Shown here: positions 43,274 to 52,968 of the stretch, piece after piece
Layout: each line of letters opens with the position of its first letter
Numbering within the stretch: position 1 is the stretch's first letter
NCBI GenBank assembly: GCA_016214905.1
Contig: JACRMQ010000007.1
Location: 328,965-392,964, forward strand
Reading direction: 5' to 3'
Length of the DNA: 64,000 bases
DNA from: Ignavibacteriales bacterium
Lineage (GTDB): Bacteria; Bacteroidota; Ignavibacteria; UBA10030; SZUA-254
Program-made: the position numbers and the translations under genes
Notes under the pieces: model-generated
What the model saw: only the letters and a program-made list of their open reading frames with translations
Told to the model about the DNA's origin: nothing
Database searches by the model: none

Positions 43274-43316
43274 AAACAAGATGGTTTAGAAATCTCAATT
43301 TTAGTGACAGGTATTT

Positions 43317-44753
43317 ATGCGTTCTACAATTTCATTTATTCTTGATGGAAGGATCACTGATCTTGATCTCAAGAATTCCAAAACATTTTCTCCTACATCA
43401 ACCATTTTAAATTTTCTTAGAAGTTTACCCACGCATAAAGGTGTCAAAGAGGGATGCGCCGAAGGCGATTGCGGTGCGTGTACGGTGGTTCTGGCAGAAC
43501 TTGTCGGTAATAAACTTACTTACCGAGCAGTCGATTCTTGTCTGATGTTTCTGCCAATGATACACGGGAAGCAATTAATAACAGTTGAGAACCTGAAAAC
43601 CTTAGATGGCAAACTCCATCCGGTTCAGCAAGCGATGGTTGATGCGTACGGTAGTCAATGTGGATTCTGTACGCCCGGAATAATAATGACGATGTTTGCG
43701 CTCTATAAAAATCATCAGCATCCGACCCGCGAACAAATTGATAACGCGTTAACCGGTAATCTTTGTCGATGTACCGGATACAGGCCGATTGTTGAAGCGG
43801 CAGAAAAATCATGTGTTCATAATCGTGTTGATCATTTTACTGATGATGAACAGCAAATCGTAGAACTTCTAAAATCGATTTCTAAAGAGTCGATTCATGT
43901 TCAAGCAGGTGAACAAAAATATTTCCGTCCTGCAAGTTTGGGCGAAGCAATTTCACTAAAGCATCAACATTCCGAAGCAATCATAATTAATGGTGCGACA
44001 GATATTGCCTTGCGCGTTACGAAGAATCATGAATTGTTGAAAGAAATTATAGACCTTTCCGGCATCGAAGAACTAAAAGTAATTACTAAAACCGATTCAT
44101 CGATAGAAATAAGCGCCGGTGTATCGCTGAATGATATTCTCTCGCCGATTGAAAAAGATTTTCAAGCGTTACACGAAATACTAAAAGTTTTCGGTTCACA
44201 TCAAATCAGAAATCTTGCCACGCTTGGCGGTAATCTTGGGAGTGCTTCACCGATAGGGGACACACTTCCGGTTTTGATGGCTTACGATGCAAATGTTGTT
44301 GTTGAAAGTTTGAACAGCAGGCGAATGCTACCGCTTCACGAGTATATAACCGGATACAGAAAAACAGTCCGCAAGCCAGATGAAATTATCACTTCTATTA
44401 TAATACCGAAGTTAACCAACGGCTCAATAGTAAAATCTTACAAGGTATCTAAACGTAAGGATTTAGACATATCAACGCTCAGCGCATGTTTCAAGATTGG
44501 CCTTGACGGTAATATTGTGAAGTCGGTGATTCTCGCTTATGGTGGAATGGCAGAGCGGACTAAACGTGCGTCCATAGTTGAACAATTTCTTCTCGGTAAA
44601 GAGTGGGAAAGAAAAACCTTAGAACAAGCGATGCAATTGATTGAAAAAGATTTTACTCCGATCTCTGATGCACGCGGCAGTGCGGAGTTCAGATTGAAAG
44701 CTGCTCAGAATTTGTTGTTGAAATTTTTTATCGAAACAAAAGGAACAAATTAA
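43317..44753 (+). CDS. xdhA: Xanthine dehydrogenase small subunit (2x[2Fe-2S] plus FAD)
   Basis: KEGCAEGDCGACTV, SQCGFCTPG, GNLCRCTGY, IRNLATLGGN..ASPIGD, YKVSKR..DIS. Confidence 0.96.
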   Translation: MRSTISFILDGRITDLDLKNSKTFSPTSTILNFLRSLPTHKGVKEGCAEGDCGACTVVLAELVGNKLTYRAVDSCLMFLPMIHGKQLITVENLKTLDGKLHPVQQAMVDAYGSQCGFCTPGIIMTMFALYKNHQHPTREQIDNALTGNLCRCTGYRPIVEAAEKSCVHNRVDHFTDDEQQIVELLKSISKESIHVQAGEQKYFRPASLGEAISLKHQHSEAIIINGATDIALRVTKNHELLKEIIDLSGIEELKVITKTDSSIEISAGVSLNDILSPIEKDFQALHEILKVFGSHQIRNLATLGGNLGSASPIGDTLPVLMAYDANVVVESLNSRRMLPLHEYITGYRKTVRKPDEIITSIIIPKLTNGSIVKSYKVSKRKDLDISTLSACFKIGLDGNIVKSVILAYGGMAERTKRASIVEQFLLGKEWERKTLEQAMQLIEKDFTPISDARGSAEFRLKAAQNLLLKFFIETKGTN

Positions 44754-44755
44754 AT

Positions 44756-45226
44756 ATGGAATTTACGGTTTGTAAAAATGGTAACTTTATTTTTCTTATT
44801 ATTCTTGCTTCGATTCTTTGTATTCAAAGTTATGCGGTGGGACAAAAACAATCCGCACCTTCCGATACTGTTGAACTCACATCATTGAAGCATTGGCCCC
44901 AGCCGACGAAACAAGTTCCACCCGAATATCCGACGCTTGCCAGGCAAAATAATGTTGAAGCCGAAATTATGCTCAGCGTTTTAATCGGCAAAGATGGTAA
45001 GCCGAAAAACATTAAAGTTGTGAATGTAAAAACATCTTTCATGAAAGATGCATTAGCAAAACCCGACACACCGGTACCTGATCCGAAGTATGCGAAATTA
45101 TTTCACAAACCATCGATTGACGTCGTAATGAAATGGAGATTCACAAAACCGCTAAAGCCCGATAGCACCACAGCTTTAGTTTGGGTTAATGTGCCTCTGA
45201 AATATCAGTTGACAGTACAAAAATAG
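44756..45226 (+). CDS. TonB C-terminal domain protein
   Basis: N-terminal hydrophobic segment; PEYPTLAR..VE..IMLSVLIGKDG, KWRF. Confidence 0.8.
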   Translation: MEFTVCKNGNFIFLIILASILCIQSYAVGQKQSAPSDTVELTSLKHWPQPTKQVPPEYPTLARQNNVEAEIMLSVLIGKDGKPKNIKVVNVKTSFMKDALAKPDTPVPDPKYAKLFHKPSIDVVMKWRFTKPLKPDSTTALVWVNVPLKYQLTVQK

Positions 45227-45236
45227 ATAAATTAGA

Positions 45237-47546
45237 ATGAACAATAAATTACCACACGAAAGCGCAGAGTTGCATGTTACCGGTGAAGCCGTTTACATCG
45301 ATGATATCTTGGTCAACGAACAATTGCTTATAGGGCGAGTAGTCTACTCGCCCCATGCTCATGCAAAAATAAAATCGTTCGACTTAAGCGAAGCGAAAAA
45401 AGTGCGCGGCGTTCATGCAATACTATGCTACAAAGACATTCCCGGACATAATCAAATGGGACCGGTTATTAAAGATGAGCCGGTTCTTGCGGAAAACGAG
45501 GTGACATTCATCGGACAGGCAATGTTTCTAATAGCTGCCGAGACCAATGAGCAATGTCATGAAGCGGAGAAAAAAATTAAAATTGAATATGAACCGCTTG
45601 ATGCAATTCTTGAACTCGAAAAAGCGATAGAAAAAAATAATTTGTTGGGTCCGCCAAGAGAAATGAAGCGCGGTGATGCTGACGCTGCTTTGAAATCATC
45701 TAAACATATAATTAGCGGAGAACTCCGCACCGGTGCGCAAGAGCACTGGTATCTTGAAACGCAGGCATGTTTGTCTGTTCCGGGAGAAGGAAAAGAAATA
45801 AATGTTTTTAGTTCTTCCCAGCATCCATCCGAAACTCAAGCGCTAGTAGCGGAAGTTCTCGGAATAAAGAAACATGAAGTAGTTGTTGAAGTAAAACGAA
45901 TGGGTGGAGGTTTCGGAGGAAAGGAAACGCAGGCGAATCATATCGCATGTTGGTCGGCTTTGTTGTGCCATGCTACAAAACGTCCGGTAAAAATCCGTTT
46001 GTTCCGCGATGACGATATGATTATGACCGGCAAACGTCATCGTTATCTTACAAAATATGAAGCCGGTTTTGATAATGAGGGATTGATAAATGCGGTAAAG
46101 CTTGAATTCAACAGCGATGGCGGTGCGGCAACAGATCTGTCGTGCGCAATCATGGAACGCACAATGCTTCACGCCGATAATTCATATTACATTCCAAACA
46201 TGTCGGTTAAGGCATCAGTGTGGAAAACGAATCTTCCCTCGAACACTGCCTTTCGAGGATTTGGCGGACCGCAGGGCATGGCGGCAATCGAAACTATAAT
46301 AGACAAGATCGCTCGCTATCTCAAAAAAGATCCTGCCGAAATAAGATTCAAAAATTTCTATGGAATGAATGACCGCAACATTACTCATTACGGACAAACT
46401 GTTAAGCATAATCGGCTTTACCTTATTTATGATCAGATAATAAAATCTTCTGAATATGAGAAACGCCACAAAGAGATTAATGATTTCAACATTAAAAATG
46501 AATTTTTCAAAAAAGGCATAGCACTTACTCCCGTGAAGTTTGGAATTTCTTTCACCACAACATTTCTCAATCAAGCCGGCGCCCTCGTGAATGTTTACAC
46601 CGACGGGACAATCCTTGTCAATCACGGTGGTACGGAAATGGGGCAGGGACTCAACACGAAAATTCAGCAGATCGCCGCGGCAGAATTCGGTGTGAGCATA
46701 GATCGTGTGAAAGTAAATGCCACCAATACATCCAAAGTCCCGAACACATCGGCAACTGCCGCTTCATCCGGTTCCGATATGAACGGTATGGCGGTTAAAA
46801 ATGCAATTGATACAATCAAAGAACGTATCTCAAAAGAATTAGCATCGTTTTGGACTGAGAAACAATCCAGCAATCCGACAATCCAACAATCGGTAATTTT
46901 CAAAGACAATTTCATTTTTGATTCCGATCATCCTGAAAGAAAAATCTCTTTTTCCGATGCTATGCTTCAAATGAATTTACGTCAGGTGAGTTTGAGTGCG
47001 GCAGGATTTTACAAAACACCGACAGTCGGCTGGGATAAAATTAAAGGACAGGGGAAACCGTTCTTTTATTATTCATTCGGAATGGCAGTTTCTGAAGTGA
47101 TAATTGATGTTCTGACGGGCCAGCATACCCTTTTGAGAACGGATATTTTGCAGGATGTTGGAGATTCTATCAATCCCGGAATCGATATGGGGCAGGTAGA
47201 AGGCGGATTCATTCAAGGCGTTGGCTGGTGTACAACTGAAGAAATTAAGTGGGATGCAAAAGGAAACTTGATGACTCATTCTCCCGACACTTACAAAATT
47301 CCGACTGTGCAGGATATACCGAAAGATTTTCGTGTTAAGCTGATGGAGGGAGTTCCGAATCCTGTCGGTACAATCCGCAGAAGTAAAGCAATAGGTGAGC
47401 CGCCGTTTATGCTTGCGCTATCTGTTTGGCTTGCTATCAAGGATGCGATCTCTGCAGTTGGCAATCATAAGTTTGAACCGGAGTTTTCATTGCCGGCAAC
47501 GAATGAAACGATATTGCTTTCAATTGAGAAATTAAAGAAAAAATAA
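45237..47546 (+). CDS. xdhB: Xanthine dehydrogenase molybdopterin-binding subunit
   Basis: HESAELHVTGEA, RMGGGFGGKE, TAFRGFGGPQG, HGGTEMGQG, SKAIGEPP. Confidence 0.97.
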   Translation: MNNKLPHESAELHVTGEAVYIDDILVNEQLLIGRVVYSPHAHAKIKSFDLSEAKKVRGVHAILCYKDIPGHNQMGPVIKDEPVLAENEVTFIGQAMFLIAAETNEQCHEAEKKIKIEYEPLDAILELEKAIEKNNLLGPPREMKRGDADAALKSSKHIISGELRTGAQEHWYLETQACLSVPGEGKEINVFSSSQHPSETQALVAEVLGIKKHEVVVEVKRMGGGFGGKETQANHIACWSALLCHATKRPVKIRLFRDDDMIMTGKRHRYLTKYEAGFDNEGLINAVKLEFNSDGGAATDLSCAIMERTMLHADNSYYIPNMSVKASVWKTNLPSNTAFRGFGGPQGMAAIETIIDKIARYLKKDPAEIRFKNFYGMNDRNITHYGQTVKHNRLYLIYDQIIKSSEYEKRHKEINDFNIKNEFFKKGIALTPVKFGISFTTTFLNQAGALVNVYTDGTILVNHGGTEMGQGLNTKIQQIAAAEFGVSIDRVKVNATNTSKVPNTSATAASSGSDMNGMAVKNAIDTIKERISKELASFWTEKQSSNPTIQQSVIFKDNFIFDSDHPERKISFSDAMLQMNLRQVSLSAAGFYKTPTVGWDKIKGQGKPFFYYSFGMAVSEVIIDVLTGQHTLLRTDILQDVGDSINPGIDMGQVEGGFIQGVGWCTTEEIKWDAKGNLMTHSPDTYKIPTVQDIPKDFRVKLMEGVPNPVGTIRRSKAIGEPPFMLALSVWLAIKDAISAVGNHKFEPEFSLPATNETILLSIEKLKKK
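46863..46894 (+). repeat. 8-mer tandem array (CAATCCnn) inside xdhB
   Basis: CAATCCAG CAATCCGA CAATCCAA CAATCGGT. Confidence 0.75.
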
Positions 47547-47624
47547 TTAACCACGGATTACACGGATATCCACAGATTTGAATTATCCGTGTTAATCTGT
47601 ATAATCAGTGTCATCAGTGGTAAA
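47547..47624. repeat. Inverted array of 9/10-mers (CAC[AG]GAT / ATC.GTG), copy A
   Basis: TTAAC CACGGATTA CACGGATATC CACAGATTT ... ATCCGTGTTA ATCTGTATA ATCAGTGTC ATCAGTGGTAAA. Confidence 0.85.
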
Positions 47625-47630
47625 TAAAAA

Positions 47631-48884
47631 ATGAAATTCTCTCAACCTCCATTTGTAACGGGTTTAAAATGTCTTGTCTGCGGTTCATCGTATCCGCATG
47701 GCAATATATTCACCTGCCCTCACTGCGGCACCGAAGGCATTCTCGATGTTCAATATAATTATGAGGCAATAGTTCAAAATCCGAAATCCACAATCCGCAA
47801 TCCGAAATCTTCTGATATTTGGCGTTACAAAGATTTGCTTCCGATCTCTTCCGACATTCCACTCCCGCATTTGCATGTTGGCTGGACGTCGGTTTACGAC
47901 GTGCCACGGCTTGCACGTTATTTCGGACTCAGAAAATTGTTTTTGAAAGATGACGGGCGTAATCCGACGAACTCGTTCAAAGACCGCGCAAGCTCAATTG
48001 GAGTTATGAAAGCAATGGAATTCGGTTTCAATACCATTGCATGTGCGTCAACAGGAAATGCAGCATCATCCCTTGCCGGATTGTCTGCCGCAGTTGGATT
48101 GAAGAGCTACATCTTTGTACCTGAGCGCGCGCCGGAACCGAAAATTACACAGCTACTTATTTTCGGTGCGACTGTGTTCAGAGTAAAAGGAACATACGAG
48201 CAGGCATTCGATCTCAGTAAACAATCGTGCGATCAGTTCGGATGGTACAACAGAAACAGCGGAACGAATCCCTTTCTTGTTGAAGGGAAAAAAACTGCCG
48301 GATTGGAAATTGCAGAACAGCTTGGCAAGAATATTCCTGATTGGGTAGTCGTCTCTGTTGGTGATGGCTGTACAATCGGCGGAATAGGAAAAGGTTTGCA
48401 GGAAATGAAACAACTTGGTCTTATCGACAGAGTTCCACGGCTGTTAGGAGTTCAAGCCGAAGGTGCGAAACCAATTCTTGATGCTTTCACTTCAGGGAAT
48501 GATTTAATTCCAACCGACACGAACACAATAGCCGACAGCATAGCAGTCGGCACACCGAGAAACTGGCGAAGAGCAATCCAACAAGTCCGATTATCACACG
48601 GTGAAATGATCGCCGTATCGGATGAAGAAATTTTAGAAGCTATGCGAGTTACAGCACGGCTTGGCGGCGTGTTCGGCGAGCCGGCAGGTGTTACGGGTGC
48701 GGCCGGTTTGAAAAAAGCCGTTGAACAGAAAATTGTGAAATCTAATGAAACCGCTGTGATAGTTATAACCGGAAACGGTTTGAAAGATATTCAATCTGCA
48801 AAACAAGCTGCTGGGAAAGAATATTTAGTCGAACCAACCCTTGATGCCGTTGCAGATCTACTTGAAAAACAACTGAAACTATAA
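47631..48884 (+). CDS. Threonine synthase-like PLP enzyme (fold type II, N-terminal Zn ribbon)
   Basis: CLVC..CPHC, NPTNSFKDR, ASTGNA, EGKKT, VGDGC, ITGNGLKD. Confidence 0.9.
   Translation: MKFSQPPFVTGLKCLVCGSSYPHGNIFTCPHCGTEGILDVQYNYEAIVQNPKSTIRNPKSSDIWRYKDLLPISSDIPLPHLHVGWTSVYDVPRLARYFGLRKLFLKDDGRNPTNSFKDRASSIGVMKAMEFGFNTIACASTGNAASSLAGLSAAVGLKSYIFVPERAPEPKITQLLIFGATVFRVKGTYEQAFDLSKQSCDQFGWYNRNSGTNPFLVEGKKTAGLEIAEQLGKNIPDWVVVSVGDGCTIGGIGKGLQEMKQLGLIDRVPRLLGVQAEGAKPILDAFTSGNDLIPTDTNTIADSIAVGTPRNWRRAIQQVRLSHGEMIAVSDEEILEAMRVTARLGGVFGEPAGVTGAAGLKKAVEQKIVKSNETAVIVITGNGLKDIQSAKQAAGKEYLVEPTLDAVADLLEKQLKL
47777..47810 (+). repeat. 7-mer tandem array ([AC]AATCC[GA]) inside the threonine synthase-like CDS
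   Basis: AAATCCG AAATCCA CAATCCG CAATCCG AAATCT. Confidence 0.85.
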
Positions 48885-48901
48885 ATCGCTTTGGAAAAAT
48901 T

Positions 48902-50197
48902 ATGCTACTCAAAAACACAACATCCATAGTTCTTGATCCACCATCGATTGAATCTGTTGACATTCGTCTTCTCAACTGTAATATTATAGAGAAGGGAAAA
49001 AACCTAGCGCCAAAGAAAGGCGAAGAAGTGCACGACCTTTCCGGAAGAATCATCATGCCGGGTCTGGTGAACTCGCATACGCATCTCTATTCGGCACTTG
49101 CAAGGGGAATGGCTTATCCTAAAGAGCCGCCGCAGAATTTTCTTGAAATCCTGCAAAAAATCTGGTGGAAGCTTGACCGCGCTCTCGATGAAGATGCCAT
49201 CTATTATAGTGCGCTCGTCGGAGCGATAGATGCGGTGCGTTGCGGAACCACGACGCTTATCGATCATCATGCATCTCCGAAATCGATCACCGGTTCGCTC
49301 GACATAATCAAAGAAGCGATGTGGGAAGTCGGATTGCGTGGAGTATTGTGTTATGAGGTGACAGACCGGGGCGGAAAGAAAGAACGCGATAAAGGTTTGG
49401 AAGAAAACGAACGTTTTATCAAAGACAACAAAAAGAATTCACAATTTCGCGGAATGGTCGGTGCGCACGCCGCTTTCACAATGAGCAATGAAACTATGTG
49501 CCTCTGCGGTGAATTATCAAAAAAACACGATGTTGGGGTTCATATTCATGTCGCTGAGGACAAAGCAGACATGACCGACGCGGAAGAAAACTATCGTTGC
49601 AGAGTAATCGATCGTTTGAAAGAAAATGGAATTCTTCGAAAAGATTCGATCCTTGCTCACGGCGTTCACTTGAATGAAAAGGAAGTTAATGAAGTTAAGA
49701 AAGCGGGAAGCTGGTTGATGCACAATCCGCGTTCCAACATGAACAACCGTGTTGGGTACGCGCCGCTGCATTTATTCGGTGAGCGGGTCAGCTTGGGAAC
49801 AGACGGATTCCCCGCAGATATGTTCGAAGAATCGAAAATAGGATTTTATAAGAGGCAAGATTCGCGAGCAGAAGGAAACGTAAACATGGCTAAACTTCTG
49901 CAAAACGGACAGCGAACGATTTCGGAAATATTCGGTCAGAAATTCGGATCGCTTAAAAAGGGTTCTCCCGCCGATATAGTTATACTCGATTACCAGCCGC
50001 CAACACCGATGACGGTAGAAAATCTGGCAGGACATTTTCTCTTCGGCATGAACTCATCGATGGTTGAATCTGTAATGATCGACGGTAAATGGGTTGTGAA
50101 GAACCATGTGCTGGTGGGGTTCGATGTTGAATCGGTTTATGAAAAATCGAAAAAAGTAGCAAAGAAGTTATGGGAGAAGATGGAAAAATTGATCTAA
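48902..50197 (+). CDS. ssnA: SsnA-family amidohydrolase
   Basis: NSHTHLYSALARG, FLEILQKIWWKLDRALD, TTTLIDHHAS, HIHVAE, HNPRSNMNN, LGTDG. Confidence 0.9.
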   Translation: MLLKNTTSIVLDPPSIESVDIRLLNCNIIEKGKNLAPKKGEEVHDLSGRIIMPGLVNSHTHLYSALARGMAYPKEPPQNFLEILQKIWWKLDRALDEDAIYYSALVGAIDAVRCGTTTLIDHHASPKSITGSLDIIKEAMWEVGLRGVLCYEVTDRGGKKERDKGLEENERFIKDNKKNSQFRGMVGAHAAFTMSNETMCLCGELSKKHDVGVHIHVAEDKADMTDAEENYRCRVIDRLKENGILRKDSILAHGVHLNEKEVNEVKKAGSWLMHNPRSNMNNRVGYAPLHLFGERVSLGTDGFPADMFEESKIGFYKRQDSRAEGNVNMAKLLQNGQRTISEIFGQKFGSLKKGSPADIVILDYQPPTPMTVENLAGHFLFGMNSSMVESVMIDGKWVVKNHVLVGFDVESVYEKSKKVAKKLWEKMEKLI

Positions 50198-50266
50198 GAA
50201 TGAATATTATGTTTTATTATTAGTGTATTGTTATTTTGATCAAAAATCTATTTATCTATTCAAGGT

Positions 50267-52951
50267 ATGATTAGAATGACTAGACATTTTCTCCTTTCAT
50301 ATCTCTTGATGACATTTCTTTCTGTATCAACTTCTCACACACAGGAGAAAATTGAAAATGTCTTGTTGCCTTTTCAAAATCCTGACTTGTCGATAGAAGA
50401 TCGGGTGAACGATTTAGTGTCAAGGATGACGCTCGATGAAAAAATCAAACAACTGCTCTACAATGCACCAGCAATTGACCGGTTAGACATTCCTGAATAT
50501 AACTGGTGGAATGAAGGGCTTCATGGTGTTGCACGGGCGGGAAGGGCTACCGTTTTTCCACAATCTATCGGACTTTCAGCAACGTGGGATACCGAACTGA
50601 TGCATCGGGTTGCCACTGTTATTGCCGATGAGGCACGCGCTAAACATCACGATGCAGTGCGAAACGGCAGAAGGGGAATTTATGAAGGTTTAACTTTCTG
50701 GGCGCCGAATATAAATATCTTCCGCGATCCGCGATGGGGACGCGGTATGGAAACGTACGGTGAAGATCCGTACCTTACCGGACGACTCGCAGTGGAATTT
50801 ATTAAAGGTATGCAGGGAGATGATCCGCACTATTTTAAAACAATTGCAACGCCAAAACATTTTGCAGTGCACAGCGGTCCCGAGCCGGAGCGCCACGTTT
50901 TTAACGCGGTCGTTGATGAGAGAGATCTGCGCGAAACTTATCTGCCGCATTTCCGCGATGCAGTTGTGGATGGAAACGCACAGTCTGTTATGTGTGCCTA
51001 CAATCGGTTCAGGGGAACGCCGTGTTGCGGAAGTAATGAACTGCTGCAAAAAATCTTGCATGATGAATGGGATTTTGACGGATATGTGGTTTCGGATTGC
51101 TGGGCGATAAAAGATTTTTATGACACTCACAAGATCGTGAAATCGGGACCGGAGGCAGCGGCTATGGCACTGAAAGCCGGTACGGATCTGAATTGCGGCG
51201 TTACTTACGATAGTCTTGGAATTGCAGTCAGGTTAGGACTTGTTGGCGAAGAGCTTGTGGATCGTTCTGTGAAGCGGATTTTTCAATCACGGTTTAAACT
51301 CGGTACGTTCGATCCGCCCGAAAGAGTGCCGTTTGCCAAAATTCCGATCACAGTTAATGACAGTAAGGAACATCGTGAGATTGCGCTTGAGGCAGCAAGG
51401 AAATCGATAGTGCTTTTAAAAAACGATGGCGCTCTTTTGCCTTTGAGTAAGAATTTAAAATCGATTGCAGTCATTGGTCCAAATGCCAATGATGTTGAAG
51501 TATTGCTTGGCAACTATAATGGAACCCCAACCGATCCTGTAACTCCTCTGGCAGGTATCCTGAATAAGGTAAAATCGAAAACGAAAATATTTTATGTACA
51601 GGGTTGCAATGTTGCGGAAAATATTCCGTTACTTGAGGTTGTCCCGTCTTCAGTCCTTTTTAATAAGAAGGGAACAGGTAACGAGAACGGTTTAGCTGCC
51701 GAGTATTTCAACATTAATAATTTTTTGGAGAACCCTGCGGTTACGCGCATTGATTCCGCAATCGATTTTAATTGGTGGGATAAGCCCGCTGTAACCGGAT
51801 TGAAAGCAGATAGTTTCAGTGTCCGATGGACCGGCATATTAATTCCTCCCGTCTCGGGAAAATATTCAATTGGCTTGAACGTATTCGGTGGTTCGAAACT
51901 TTTTTTGGATGATTCGTTGTTGGTTGAGATTAATAACTCGCATGTAGTACAGACAGATTGGAAAAATATTGAACTGTTTGCCGGTAAATCATACAAAATA
52001 CAAATCGAGTTTTGTGACAGGCGGGCAGACGCGAGCGTGCGGTTTGTATGGTCGAAACCGAATCCGCATTTGAAACAAGAAGCTATTGAAGCGGCGAAGC
52101 AAGCTGATGTCGTTGTGATGTGTCTGGGGCTGTCACCGCGACTTGAAGGGGAGGAAATGAATATTGATGTTGCGGGATTTTCAGGCGGTGACCGTGTGGA
52201 TATCGGACTGCCAAAGATACAGGAAGATTTATTAAAAGACATTGCCAAAACAGGTAAACCGATTGTGCTGGTACTTTTAAACGGAAGCGCACTTGCAGTA
52301 AATTGGGCTGATGAAAATATTCCCGCGATCATTGAGGCATGGTATCCGGGACAGGCGGCAGGTTCGGCGCTTGCCGATGTTTTGTTCGGAGATTACAATC
52401 CGGCGGGCAGGTTACCGGTTACTTTTTATAAATCGGTCGATCAACTTCCGCCTTTTAGCAATTACGGGATGAAAGAAAGAACTTATAAATATTTTACAGG
52501 TGAGCCGCTTTATCCGTTTGGGTACGGATTAAGCTATACAAATTTCGATTATAGTAATTTAAAACTCGAGACCGGGAATATAAATACCGGTGAGAGTCTT
52601 TCGGTTTCAGTAGATGTTAGCAATATCGGCAAACGAGCAGGTGATGAAGTTGTTCAATTGTATATAAAACATTTGAATGCATCTGTTCCTGTTCCTTTGC
52701 GGTCGCTTCAGGGCTTTCAAAGGATTTTTTTAAAACCTGATGAGGTAAAAACAGTTAAATTCTTACTCACTCCCCGGCAACTTTCAGTAATTGACGCTAA
52801 CAATAAACGTGTAGTTGAGGCGGGGAAAATAGAAATCAGCGTCGGAGGCAAACAGCCGGGATTTGTTGGGCGTGAGGACACAGCTACAACAGGAGTTATA
52901 TCGGGTAAATTTGAGATAATTGGATTACCGTTTCCGGTAAATGAGAGATGA
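50267..52951 (+). CDS. GH3 beta-glucosidase/xylosidase with PA14 and Fn3-like domains
   Basis: Signal peptide, WWNEGLHG, WGRGMETYGEDP, KHFAVHSG, VSDCWAI, PA14 (FSVRWTG), YPFGYGLSY. Confidence 0.95.
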   Translation: MIRMTRHFLLSYLLMTFLSVSTSHTQEKIENVLLPFQNPDLSIEDRVNDLVSRMTLDEKIKQLLYNAPAIDRLDIPEYNWWNEGLHGVARAGRATVFPQSIGLSATWDTELMHRVATVIADEARAKHHDAVRNGRRGIYEGLTFWAPNINIFRDPRWGRGMETYGEDPYLTGRLAVEFIKGMQGDDPHYFKTIATPKHFAVHSGPEPERHVFNAVVDERDLRETYLPHFRDAVVDGNAQSVMCAYNRFRGTPCCGSNELLQKILHDEWDFDGYVVSDCWAIKDFYDTHKIVKSGPEAAAMALKAGTDLNCGVTYDSLGIAVRLGLVGEELVDRSVKRIFQSRFKLGTFDPPERVPFAKIPITVNDSKEHREIALEAARKSIVLLKNDGALLPLSKNLKSIAVIGPNANDVEVLLGNYNGTPTDPVTPLAGILNKVKSKTKIFYVQGCNVAENIPLLEVVPSSVLFNKKGTGNENGLAAEYFNINNFLENPAVTRIDSAIDFNWWDKPAVTGLKADSFSVRWTGILIPPVSGKYSIGLNVFGGSKLFLDDSLLVEINNSHVVQTDWKNIELFAGKSYKIQIEFCDRRADASVRFVWSKPNPHLKQEAIEAAKQADVVVMCLGLSPRLEGEEMNIDVAGFSGGDRVDIGLPKIQEDLLKDIAKTGKPIVLVLLNGSALAVNWADENIPAIIEAWYPGQAAGSALADVLFGDYNPAGRLPVTFYKSVDQLPPFSNYGMKERTYKYFTGEPLYPFGYGLSYTNFDYSNLKLETGNINTGESLSVSVDVSNIGKRAGDEVVQLYIKHLNASVPVPLRSLQGFQRIFLKPDEVKTVKFLLTPRQLSVIDANNKRVVEAGKIEISVGGKQPGFVGREDTATTGVISGKFEIIGLPFPVNER

Positions 52952-52968
52952 ATGAAGGAGCGTTCTTG

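Noticed and set aside
43120..43316. Purine riboswitch upstream of xdhA (also checked upstream of add)
   Set aside because: The conserved purine-aptamer core was not found, and the predicted leaders are short.
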